Shown piece after piece: positions 35,946-48,882 of a stretch of 64,000 nucleotides of DNA; positions within the stretch are counted from its first letter, which is position 1; every line of letters begins with the position of its first letter. The stretch covers positions 1 to 64,000 of the forward strand of contig MCFE01000212.1 of assembly GCA_002104905.1 (NCBI GenBank), in the 5' to 3' direction. The DNA is from Basidiobolus meristosporus CBS 931.73. Lineage: Eukaryota; Fungi; Basidiobolomycota. The position numbers were made by a program, and so were the translations under genes. The notes under the pieces were generated by a model. The model did not search any database. It was not told the DNA's origin and saw only the letters and a list, made by a program, of their open reading frames with translations.

Positions 35946-35999
35946 TGTGATGCAATCATATTCATAAAGGTAGTGGTGATTTTATGATGGTTACTTACT

Positions 36000-36700
36000 G
36001 GTCTTCAACCAAAGGTACCATGATTACTACACTCTCATCTGCCTGAGCATTATGGTTAGCTTGCAGTGCAGTGGGCATAGAGGTACTCCAGGGAGAAGCT
36101 ACACTACTAGATGTGTGTGAGGTGTTGGAAGAGTGCAATAACATCTGGTCTAAACAGCTGGTGTCATTGTCAATATGTCCCTATAGCTAAAGCTCTTGCT
36201 TCTCTTTCTTCCTGGTACTCTAAGTGTCTCCAAAGGCCTCTGTGTGTTTTGTACACTACCCAGAGAGGCTCCTTGATGGTAGGTCTGAGGTGTATCTGTG
36301 GAAGGTAGGTGCAGTGATCAACTGCTAACTAATAAGGGAGAAGTCTTACTGATAGAAGTGTTGATTTAGTGATGAGGGATTGACTTCCCTTGAATACATT
36401 TCCTGATTAACAAGTGATTACTAATGACATGGCTCTAGATGATTTCAGGTATCTGTGGAATTTTAGATGACATCACTAGGTGCTAATAATACTCCAAGAA
36501 GGTCCTGGGAAGCTCTAAAAGGCACAGCCATACAAGCAATCAGGGATCAGTAGTCTGAGACCTGTGTAACATAGAGATACCATATATGATATTCAAGTGG
36601 TAGGGATAGTAACACAGATTTAGGCTATGTATCTAAGTTACTGACATTAGTATTTCATTAATGTATATCTATATGCTGATCACCAAGCTGATTAACAACT
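36000..36700 (-). mobile_element. Possible L1-like non-LTR retrotransposon relic
   Basis: Weak: traces of a GLR…P..L..LE RT segment and a Trp/Cys/His zf-RVT-like tail, with many stops. Confidence 0.25.
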
Positions 36701-36859
36701 GAGATAACTAATGCTAATAAATAATTGGAGTAAACATTATATGGGGAAAATAATAATAACATGACTAAAGGAAAATGGGATAGTACTGGTAAGATAAAAT
36801 ATGGATAAATGCACCACACTAGCTTCATGGATAAAATAGTCTGAAGGAGGTATGCTTAG

Positions 36860-38620
36860 CCTACTACAGCAACACCACAGAGATTCTCATTTGCCTACCT
36901 GACTAAGAGCCTGAGGAGTCCATGTAATTACCTTCAGTGGGCACACCGCCAACATGATCTTTTTGGGATGTTACCCTGCTTGTTGCACTAAATGTCAAAG
37001 CAAGTTGTTGTCCAACTGTTCTTCTGCCGCTGTCAACAGCAGAGCTTGGTTTGGAACAAAATGACTTAACTCTATTCTGTGTAGGTGCAATGTCACAAAT
37101 ACTAGACTATCTTGAACTTACATGAGTATTGACAAAAAGGAATATCATAGTGTAACATTGCTGAGTTTCAAACTATTTGCCCCATGAACAAGACTACATT
37201 GATTTAACACCATAAGAAACAAGAAGAATGACCATGTGGCTATTGTAACAAGCCTCTCAGCCATGAACCATGCAGACACCATAGGAAATATTACAAGGAT
37301 TATGGACAGTACTTTGCTACACAAGTCATATTTGGCCATTCAACAGTGACTACTGTACCAGCAATATCTTTCCAGCCACTTGATACTTCTAAGAGAGCAC
37401 CTGGCATACTTGTCACCTTATCCAAATGAGTCAAGTGAGACAATGTTTTGCCACACAAGTCATATTTGACCACTCGTCAGTCACTACCGTACCAGCTTTA
37501 TCTTGCTGGCCAGTTGATACTTCCATATTGGCACCTGGTTGTTATTGTCACTTTGCACAGACTGAGTTAGGTGAGTTTGTGATGCCTTTAGGCTCACCTC
37601 AGCCTTTCAGAATATGGCATATAAAGTGATAGTTCTGAAGTAGAAGGCTTGCTGATTGATTGTGAGCCTATTTTCCCTAACAACAGTACCCTGCACTCTC
37701 CTGGCAGAATCTCAATATTCAATGAGACAACTTGTGAAGAGAAGAATGCCAATGATACTCTAGGGCGCCAATTGAGCCCAGTAATACATCTGCTGGTCAA
37801 TAATGTGAAGTTATGGGTAGAAAAATGTCATGTTTCCACAACTATCAGTAACAAGGGCTTTCAGGATTAATACTACTCCTTGCCAAGATCATTCTGATAT
37901 GCATCTTCTCATGGACATGATAAATATGGACAACTGTCAAGCAGCTGGCATCATATGATCCAGAAACTGTACTGATACCAGTATGCACCAATAGTTGCAT
38001 GGCATTCACATCAGAAAAAGCAACCATTTTCAGGTGTCCAACTGGTGAGGAATCCACCACAATAGGAGGAAAGCACTGTTCTTACTCATATATGCTCAGT
38101 AATACACCATTCAAAGACACTCATTATGTCCAACAAGTACTGTGAAGCTATAAAGTACCACAAGCAGTATCAATCAAGCACAAACATTTCTGATAACTTG
38201 ATGGCAAACATTACCAACAGCAAAGATGCAAGGGCTACCTTGAAGGTATGTATGATGATTCTTTTGACTTGGCACTTGATGTATTCTCATTAAACAAGTA
38301 CTCTGCCAGCAAATCCTGCTTGACACTGATTCCCATCAACCTTAAGCTGCCTCCTGTCTTACAATATCAGAGCAAAAATTTTATAGTAGTCTTATTGGTA
38401 TTTAGGCCTCAATTATCATCAAACCTAGACAACTACCTATGTCAAGTGTGGATGAGTTTGTATGCTTTTCAGCAGGATACCACTGAGTGACCATCATATC
38501 AATGCACATATTCATATCTCAATTGGAGATACTCCAACCATCAACAAGACAGCTGGCTTTTCTGGGCATAATAGATAGATTTGCTGTTAAATGTGTGAGA
38601 TTCAGGGGATTGAACCATAA
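36860..38620 (+). mobile_element. Degenerate CACTA/EnSpm (Tnp2, Transposase_21-like) transposase, copy 1
   Basis: KYCEAIKY…ISD..DGKHY; DLALDVFSL…INLKLPP.LQYQSKN…P; IGDTPTINKTAGFSGHN. These match the Tnp2 pattern (D.FDG..Y, DGF, NLPP..RY, GD.PA…GH). Confidence 0.65.
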
Positions 38621-39600
38621 CTTACATACAATATTGATATCCAAACACCAACACTGATAAAAACATCTTCCCACAGAGACAACGTACAGAAGTCAGTATG
38701 CAATTGGCTGCAAAGTTTGCCAGCTACAAGCCATTGGCTGGAATATAATTCCACTGAAGGCATTGTGATAGTCTTTTGAATTCTTGACATTGTAGCCATG
38801 TCTGTCAGTGTGATCTCCATGCTGTTAACAATGCAGGACATGGAGACTGTGGTAGACAAACTACCTTTTGCTACAAGCCCATCTTCCTTGCTAGAGAGTA
38901 GCACACCTACCTGCACTTCCAACTGTTCTGAAAACAGTTGTTTCTTGTTGGTAATTCTGCTTAACTATCATGTGATTCAGTCTGTACCTGACCTACCCCA
39001 AAAGTTGACAAGAACTGCAGCTTTTTTTATGCTTTGCTGTTTCTGGACTGAGTATACTTTTTTCCCTTTCCCTTTATTAATGCCAGCTCCTTCACAACTA
39101 CTTTGTCTGAGCTTTTCTTGTATTGAAATATGTTCTCTCCATGATAAATGATGCTCAGATGCATGTGTATTGGCCTACTTGTCTCTTGCTGGCACTTTGC
39201 TGGCAACCTGATGCTTCATTTCTGCTTGTTTCAAGCTTTTGGCCTATGCTGTGAAGGGCTCCAGATGTCTGCCTCAGCATTATCCCTGCAAAAAAAAACT
39301 GAGAAAAGGCCTGCAAAATACCATTTTAGTACCAACTGAATTTCAAGTTTCTGAAAATTGACAACTCAAGTATCCCTGTTTGTTGCTGATGGGCAGGCAA
39401 GCAAACAGGCTCTCCAGGAGGAGACTAGACAAACTAGCATCCATACTGAATTTAGTAATTAGCTGCCCATTACTTCTATCCAAAGTTGCATTTGTAGTTG
39501 GTAACCTAAAACACCAGCTGAATACCAGCAAGAAATCATTAGAATACTGGCAAAATACCAGCTAAAAATCAGATGAAAGCCAAGTCTAAGATTTTTCAAA

Positions 39601-41190
39601 CACTATGGTCAGCTTGAGTCTCTGCAGAGATTCCCAATTGCCTACTTGACTGAGAGTCTCAGGAGTCCGCATTATTACCTTTAGTGGGCACATTGTCCAC
39701 AGGGCCTTTTTGGATGTAGCCCTATTTGTTGCACTGAATGGCAAAAAAGCTGTTGGCAACTGTTCTTCAGCAGCTGTCAGCAGTGGGGCTTGGTTGGGAG
39801 CCAGAAAACTTTGCTTTATTTTTTGGTGGCATAGATATGGAAGTGAGTCAAATCAAGGGGGAAATGACGTCTCATGTGCATGTGCCTGTGGTGCTACAAC
39901 CTTATTTATAATGTGTACCATGGTGGGTCATCATTGAATCATACATTAATGCAGGTGAAATGTCTCAAATACCAGACTGTCTTAAACTCACATGAGTGCT
40001 TACAAAAAAGTGGTACAATAGCATTGCATTGTTGAGTGTCAAGCTGTTTGCCCCATGGAAAAGACTTTGTTGATTCAACAATGTAAGAGAAGTGAAAATA
40101 GACCATATAGCTATTGCAGCAAGCCTCTCAGCCATGAAGCATACAGACAGCATAGGAAGTTTCACATGGATAACAGCCAGTGCTTTACCACACAAGTTAT
40201 AATTGACCCTTCACCAGTTGCTACTGTACCAACAATATCTTGCTGGCCACTTGATATTCTAAAAACAGCACCTAGACACAGTTTGCACCTTGTGTAAGCT
40301 GAGTCAGGTGAGTTTGTGATGCCTTTAGGTTCACCTAAGCCCTCTGAATATGGCACACAGAGAGATAGCTCTGAAGAGGCAAGCACACTGATGGATTGTG
40401 AGCCAATCTTCCCAAACAACAGTACCCTACATGAGCCTATTAAGATCCCATTATGCAATGAGACTACACCTGTCAACAAAAATGCCAAGGATACTTTACA
40501 GAGTCATGTAAGCCCAGTAATCCATCTACCGGTGAATGATGTGATGTTGTGGCTACAGAAGTGGTGCATTTCCATTAATATCAGTAATGGGAGCTGTGAA
40601 GATTTAATACCACCTCTTGCCAAAATCATCCCAAAATGCAACTTACCATGTACATGGTATAAATGGACAACTGTCATGTGGCTGTCAACATATGACCCAG
40701 TGACTATCCTGATACCAGGATGTGTTAGCAGCTGAATGGCATTCACATCAAAAAAGGCCACCATTGCAAGGTGTCCAACTGGTCAGGAATTTGCTACTAT
40801 TGGGGAAGACATTGCTCACACTCCAGATATATTCCTGTGATACCCTGTCTAAAGAAGCCAATGCCATCCAACAAATATTGTGAAGCTATAAAGTACTGCA
40901 TTCAGTATCAATCAAGCACAAATATATCTGATATATTTGATGGCAAACATCACCAATGGCTAAGCAGCAAGGACTACTTTGAGGGTATATATGACCATGC
41001 CATTGCCTTGGCATTTGATGCATTCTCATTAAGCAAGTACTCTACCTGTATCCATTGCTGCATGAGGTATGTATGCATTGCAGTGGGATAACAGTAAATA
41101 GCTGTTGTATCCAAGCACATAATATTATCTGCATTGGAGATATCCCAGCCATCAGCAGGATAACTGGCTTTCCAGGACACAATAGATAGC
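39601..41190 (+). mobile_element. Degenerate CACTA/EnSpm transposase, copy 2
   Basis: Co-linear with copy 1 (ISDIFDGKHH; IALAFDAFSL; IGDIPAISR.TGFPGHN). Begins with CACTA at 39601. Confidence 0.65.
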
Positions 41191-41384
41191 ATTTGACTAA
41201 GAACTGATCTTACTCAAACATTTAAACAGTAGATCATAACATTCTCCCCTACTAAAGTTACAAGTGTTCCCCTGATTTTCTTTTCTTCTGATACTAATAT
41301 CTTGATGGTTCAGTATTGTCAGCAAGTCTTGCAAGCTTGAGTTGGTCTTTATAAACTATGTCTTCCAAAACATTGCCTTGCTTG

Positions 41385-44300
41385 TGTTGTAAAAATTTGT
41401 ATTTCCACCTAAATATTCACCTAACTTAGTCACTTAGATCATCACCTTCCAATCCTAGAGAATACTGACCAAATTCCTTGTCAGATTTACTTGAAATATT
41501 TTCACCAAAATACCAGGTACCCAGAACATGAAAATTCTTAAAGTTGTCCAAACAGCCCCAAACTTTGCACACATGTTCTTGGGACCTTCCTTAACCTATT
41601 CTACATGTTTGTAATGTCAAGACCAGGTAAAAAAGCTGGATGGATCTAACTACCAAGAGTGGAAGGTGAAGATGAAGATGCTGCTACAAGAAAGAGGCCT
41701 TTGGGATATTGTCATGGGAGAAGAATGCCCTCCTAAAAGCATGAGAGAGGAAGCCCTAAAGTACCAGAAGAAAGAACAAAGTGCCTTTAACTGCATTTGT
41801 CTTAATGTCAAGGACAAATTGCTAATTCAATGCTCAAGAGCAAAACGGCAAAGAATGCCTGGAAAGCATTAGAAGACACCTACCAGTCATGTTCAGCTGC
41901 CAAGAAGATGTATCTGAGACAAAAATTCTTTACTACAAAGATGCTGCCAGGAGAAGAAATGAAAAATCTAATTAACAGAATTACCCTGCTGGGAGATGAG
42001 ATGAAATCTGTGGGTGTACCAACTACTGATGAGGATGTGATAGTTACCATCCTGAATAGACTGACAGACAAGTTTCAGGGCCTTGTATCAGCCCTAGAGT
42101 CCAGAACTGAAGATTTGACCTTAAATTACGTATATGAAAGGCTCCTGGATGAAGAATTAAGGAAATCAAGCGCCAATAAGAAGGAAGAAGAAAATGCTTT
42201 AATAAGCAATGTTAACCAACAAAGGAGGTACCCAAGACCCTACAAAGGCAACAGCAACCTATTTTGCAACTACTGCAAATGGAAAGGACACACATCAGAC
42301 CTGTGTCTCAAAAAGAGAGATTATCAGCAGAAGAAGCCTGAATATGGAAATGCTGCAACAACTGAAGATAGACTATTCATATCTGCACTAAATATGACCA
42401 CAAACAAGGATTCTCAGATGTGGTATATTGACTCTGGAGCATCTCAACACTTTACACACCAAAAAGAACTTTTTACCCAATATCAAGAAATTCCAATTAA
42501 GAAGGTTTTCATGGGTGACAATAGAACACTTGATGCAGTGGGAGAAGGAACTACCCAAGTAAACCTTGGAAGCAGTGAAGGAAGCCATACACTGACCTTT
42601 CAAGAAGTACTCTATGTACCAGAAATAGCCAAGAACCTACTCTCCGTAAGCAAGGCCACAGCAGAAGGACTCAGTTTCAGTTTTGACAATTCTGGATGCA
42701 GGATCACTGATCAAAATGGTGCTCATATTGCTTTGGGCATCAGAGATCAGAATCTATACAAGTTGACTTATAATCCATCAGATCTGGAAGCCAATATAAG
42801 TAACTAAAATGAAGAAACACCAATGCTTTGGCACAGGAGATTTGGGCACATCAATTTTAATTATTTGCGCAAAATGATCAAAGATCTGCTAATTTCTGGA
42901 GTGAAAATTGATCCCCCAGCTAATTTGGAGCACTGTGAAGCCTGCATATATGGGAAACAAGCCAGACAGCCATTCAAGAGCTCTGGGTTAATCAAAACTA
43001 AGAAAAAATTAGATCTAATTCTCTCAGATCTGTGTGGACCTATGCAAAATTTATCCTTAGGCGGGATGAAGTATTTAATCACTTTTATTGGTGATTATAC
43101 AAGATACACATGGGTCTACTTTGTGGAGATAAAGGAAGAAGCTCTGTCTAAGTTCAGGGAGTTTAAAGCCAGAAACTGGTGAAAAAATCAAGAAAATATG
43201 CTCTGACAATGGTGGAGAATAAACCTCAAAACTCTTCATCCACTTCTGCAAAATTCATGGGATAAAGCAAGAGACTACTGTACCATATTCCCCACAGCAA
43301 AATGGAGTAGCAGAACAAGCTAACAGATCAATAATTGATATGGCAAGATCTATGATCCATGATCAAAAATTGTCCTATGATTTTTGGGTGGAATCAGTTG
43401 CCACTGCTGTATATCTTAAAAATAGGAGTTATAGCAGAATACTCCGTGATTCTACTCCATTTGAAGCATGGTATGGATACAGACCAAGTGCAGAACATCT
43501 AAGAATATTTAGGTGTACGGCATATGCCAAAAAACTGGCCAGAAATCAGTCAAAATTTGAGCCAAAAAGTGTAAAATGCATATTTTTGGGCTACTGCAAT
43601 GAGAGTAAGGCATACAGACTCTACAATACCAAAGCAAAGAAGCCAATCAGGTCCAGGGATGTGTTGTTTGATGAAAATTCAAAATTTTCACAAAAAATGA
43701 CATCAGATGATGATGAAAATTTGATCTTAAGTCCACCAATTGTCAGGATTGAATCAGAGCAAAACAATGAAAGTTTTTTCACTCCAGAGGACTCTGCAAC
43801 CATGGTTCAGCCAGAATCGGTGCCCAGGAATATCCCAGAAGAGATCATTCCAGTATCAAATGCCCACAGATCCAATTGGACAAGAAATAGCCCAAATTAC
43901 TATATTAATGAGGGTACAAACTTAGCCTATGCCTATTCAGTCCATATTGATGAACCCCAGACTATAAAAGAGGCCCTAAATAGCCCTCAGACAAAGTTTT
44001 GGAGATCTGCAATGACTGAGGAATATCAGGCCCTGATGGAAAATCAAACTTGGGACTTAGTCAAATTACCAATCAACCAAAAATCAATTGGATGCAGATG
44101 GGTCTTCAAGACAAAATACAAGGCTGATGGTACAATTGAAAGATACAAAGCAAGACTTGTAGCCAAAGGATACTCTCAAACAAAAGGACTTGACTATACT
44201 GAGACCTTTGCACTGGTAGCCAAGTTTAATTCCATCAGATTAATATTGGCTATTGCAGCCAAATATAAGTTTTTATTCATCAAATGGATGTACAAACTGC

Positions 44301-45882
44301 ATTTTTGAATAGAGAACTTGATGAGGATGTGTATATGGACCAGCCTGATGGGTTTGTTGACCAAGATAACCCCCATTTGGTCTGCAAGCTTAAAAAGTCA
44401 CTATATGGTCTCAAACAATCACCAAGAGCCTGGAATTGCAAGATAGATTCTTATTTGGAATCTTTGAGTTTCAAAAGGAGTAATGCTGACTATAGTATAT
44501 ACTATAAGCCAGATAGAGCAAATCCAGTTCTATTAGCTCTATATGTGGATGATCTTATTACAGCCGCCAATAACCTAGAAACATTGGAAGAGACTAAATC
44601 CAGCCTATCTAAGGAGTTCAAGATGTCCAATCTAGGAGAACTTAGTTACTACTTAGGGATTAAGTTCTCCACAGACAGAAGTACCCAGACTATCACCCTA
44701 AGCCAATCCAAGTATATTCAAGATATACTAAAGAAGTACAAAATGGAAGACTGTAAATCGGCAGCTACCCCAATAGAGACAAACCTTAACTTGGTCAAGA
44801 CTCAACCAAATCAAAAGAGCTTGGTGCCATCTGAAAGCCCTGACTTTCCTTATCAATCTATGGTTGGTAGTCTGATGTATATCATGCTTGGAACACGTCC
44901 AGATATCTCATATTCAGTGGGAGTTGTCAGCCAACATAATCAGAATTATGAATCTGATCATATTGCAGCAATTAAGCGGATTTTTAGATACCTAAAAGGA
45001 ACTGCTGATATCTGCTTAAGATACACTTATAAGGATTCAGAACAGGATCTTGTGGGATACTCTGATGCTGATTGGGGACAAAACTTGGAAGACAGAAGAT
45101 CCACCACAGGATACACCTTTCTTTACTGTAAAGGAGCCATTTCATGGAATTCAAGAAAGCAACCAACTGTAGCACTTTCTACTACAGAGGCAGAGTATAC
45201 AGCAGCCTGGGAGGCTACAAAAGAAGCAATGTGGTTAAGAAAGCTCTTTATAGATTTAAGCCTATGTCAAAAAACGCCTATTACTTTATTTCAAGATAAT
45301 CAAGGATGTATACAATTAGGTAGAAATCCTACTTTTCATGCTGGAACCAAGCACATAGATATTAGACATCATTTCATACATGAAGCTATAGAGAATAACT
45401 TAGTTAGCTTAGTTTACTCTCCTACAGATGAAATGATTGCAGACATATTTACCAAACCATTAGCAAGAGACAAGTTTGAATATCTTAGGTCAAAATTAGG
45501 ACTAGTCAGTATGAACATTAAGCTGAGTGGGAGTGTTGTAAAAATTTGTCTTTCCACCTAAATATTCACCTAACTTAGTCACTTAGATCATCACCTTCAA
45601 ATCCTAGAGAATACTGACCAAATTCCTTGTTGGGATTTACTTAGAATATTTTCACCAAAATACCAGGTACCCAGAACATGAAAATTCTTAAAGTTGTCCA
45701 AACAGCCCCAAACTTTGCACACATGTTCTTGGGACCTTCCTTAAACTATTCTACGTGTTTGTAATGCCAAGACCAGGTAAAAGTATAGATACTACATTTA
45801 TATTCAATAAATCATTAAGTGAAAACCACATAATCTACTTGTTCTCCAAATCACTTCCAATATCTCCAAGACTCTTACAACA
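41385..45882 (+). mobile_element. Near full-length Ty1/copia family A, TSD GCTTG
   Basis: TG…CA ends, GCTTG at 41380-84 and 45883-87, 3' LTR 45534-45882. gag-PR-IN-RT-RH in ORFs 41830-42807, 42823-43182, 43340-44308, 44284-45561 (YVDD). Stops and frameshifts present; the 5' LTR end, PBS and gag start are deleted at ~41630. Confidence 0.95.
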
Positions 45883-48147
45883 GCTTGTCCACAAGTTGGT
45901 AAGTTGCAAATGGACATTAATCTTATGATCTTGAAGGGTCCTACTTATTGTGGCTCAAAATTCTTCCATGTGTTTTTTCACTGTAATACAAAGTTCCCAA
46001 CTATCAATGCCTCTGGTGATAAAGTCTTAAAATATCAGCTTCATCTTTGCTGCATTCTGCAATACTTTTGCCTGTGCCTCTTGACATCTTTGTTCCAGCT
46101 GTTGGTGTCTACTTGGCTGACTGATCTCATCTTCTAAGGCAATTGTAAGCTTTGTTGTGTGAGATCTCCTGGAATCCTTGGCTCACATCCATACACAAAG
46201 TAAAATGGCAATTGTTGGGTGGTGTTGTGCATTCTTACTCTGCAGGCAAAGAGTGCTTGGTCTATATACTCATCCCATCTACTGACAACTCAATTTTCAT
46301 GCTTAGTCAGCATTTTTCAAAATAATCCATTAAACTACTAAGTCACTACATTGGTCTAAGGTAATATGCTGTGGTATTCAAGTGTTTGATCTGTTGCATT
46401 TCCAAGTAAGCTTCCAATATCTTTGCTACAAAGTTTGCACCTTTATTAGATAAAATCTCTACAGGGCATCCACACTTTGTGATGATCTCATGGTAGATGA
46501 AATTTGCAGCTTCTTGTTCACTGGCTACAGGTACCATTTTAGCCACTGGCCATATAGTGACATGGTCAATTGCTACTAGAGTCCAACAGTTGAATTTCCT
46601 GGTGGTTGACAGTCTTCCAACGACGTCAATTACCCATCCCTCAAATGGTCTCACAGGCTCTAAGGGAAAGAGCTCAGCAATTCTCTGTGGTTAGCCTTGG
46701 TTGCTTTGGCAATTAGGGCAGGTTTTCACTAGCTTTTTAATATCTTGTTTCATTTTAGGCCACCATGCTCTGGTTCTCATAAGGCTAGAGGTTCCTTCAA
46801 TTCTAAGATGTCCATATCCATTGTGTAGCTTAGGTATTAAATCCAGGCAAGTAACACAAGGGTAATAAGCAATAGAGCTTCCATCAACAATTTGGTAAAG
46901 TATTTCATTCTGTACTACTAACTTGCTGGCTTCATCCCAGATTATCTTCTTGATCTCTACATCCACCTGCTTAGGAGTTGCTTGGTCCTCTAACTACATA
47001 GGTACAAAGGTGGACCAACATAAATCGTGCACCAAGTTGAGTTGTGCAACTTGTTCTAGTCCTAATAAGGCATCAGCAACCATGTTGTTTCTCCCAGGGC
47101 AGTAGACAATCTCCAAGTCAAATTGCTGAATGTATTTACTGCATCATGTCATTTTTCTTGATACTACCTTCTGAGTAAATATATACTTGAGTTGGGCATG
47201 ATCAGTCTTCACAGTGCACTTGACTCCTTCAACTTAGCATCCCCAGGTCTTCAAGCAGTGTATTATGGCAGGCATATCCATCTCAGGCACTGGAAAGTTT
47301 TGTTCTGATGAGTTCTGTTTCCTAGACTCAAAAGCAATGGGGTAGCTCTTTCCCTCAAGCTCTTGGCTCAACATTCCACCAATTGCATAATCTGAAGCAT
47401 CTGTGCACAGAATAAACTCATTCTGAAGTCAGGTATTCTTAAGCTTGGCAGCTGAGCAAGTTCATTCTTGAGTGTCTGAAAGGCAGTCTCATAAGCTATG
47501 TCCAACTTGTGGATATTGTCATTCTTGAGGATATCAGTTACAGGGGCTGCAATACGTGCAAAGGACTTAACAAGTCTACAATTCTAGAAAACCATTCCAA
47601 GAGATGATCTGATTTCCAATATGCTATGGGGCTGCTTCAGATTCTTGATGACTTCAACCTTCTTGGGGTCTAAGGTCACTCCTATACTAGTCACTAGGTG
47701 TCCCAGGTATTCAACATGCTGCTTTAAGAATTCACTTTTTGCTAGCTTGCTGTACAGCTTGTTCTCTCTTAGCTTCTTGGAGACCTTTTCAATGTGCACC
47801 AAGAGCTCCTCTTCTGTCTTGCTGTTCATTGATATGTCATCTAGGTAGATTGTCACAAACTTGTCTAAGTATTCCTGGAGGACTGTTTGAATTAAGGTCA
47901 TGAATGTTGCAGAGGCATTGGTGTGGCCAAGACTCATGACTAAGTACTTGCAATATCTGTATCTGGTACTGAATGCTGTCTTAGGGATGTCTTCCAGCTT
48001 TACCCTAACATGATTGTATCCTGACATACAGTCAATCTTGCTCAATATGGTAGCTCCATTGAGTTGGTCCAAAAGCTCATCAGTCCAAGGTATGGGGTAC
48101 TTATTCTTCATGGTAACCAAGTTGAGGGCTCTGTAGTCAATGTACAT

Positions 48148-48882
48148 TAGACTTGTTCTGTTGGAAAGTGCCACATTGTGCCATGAGTGCAAAAAGATGC
48201 CATAGTGTCCCAGGGAGGCCAAGTGAGCCTATATTTGGCCACAGAGTTTGAAACATAGCTCTGCATCTTCATGCAAAGCAGCCCATGTGTTTCACCTGTT
48301 GTACTGGAGAAAATCCATTTTTTGACCTTTTTTTTTGGATCAACATTGTTCAAAATGTGTCAGAGCACAGAAGGACTGAAGACATGCCTCTGATACTCAA
48401 TATCCATGGCACTTTGAATCTGGCTCTTGTGGCTTGTTTCATGTCACAAAAATTCATGGCACCATCTTGGTCCACTGGTACTATCTGGCACTATAAGTGC
48501 TTTATATAAGTCTTACTTTAGGGCTAATACTTATATATAGTGCCTGATAGTACCAGTGGACTAAGATGGTGCCATGCATTTTTGTGACATAATACAAGCT
48601 ACACAAGCTAGATTCAGAGTGCCATGGGTATTGAGTACCAGATGCATGCCTTCAATTGTTTTGTGCTCCTACACATCCTGCAATACATTGATCCAAAAAC
48701 AAGGGCAAAAAGTTGATTTTCTCCAGCACAATAAGTGAAACACAGGGGCCACTTTGCATGCAGATGCAGAGCTATGTTTTACATTCTGTGGCCAAATATA
48801 GGCTCACTTGGCCTCCTTGGTACACTAGTGCATCATTTGGCACTCATGGCTCAATGGAGCACTATCAAATGGAGCAAGTCTA
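48148..48882. mobile_element. Fold-back / MITE-like palindromic element (~345-bp inverted arms, ~40-bp AT-rich spacer) inserted in gypsy-2 RT
   Basis: Termini TAGACTTGTTC…GAGCAAGTCTA. 48214-48245 is the perfect reverse complement of 48785-48816. It splits RT between KKNDEAL and MYIDYRALN. Confidence 0.88.
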
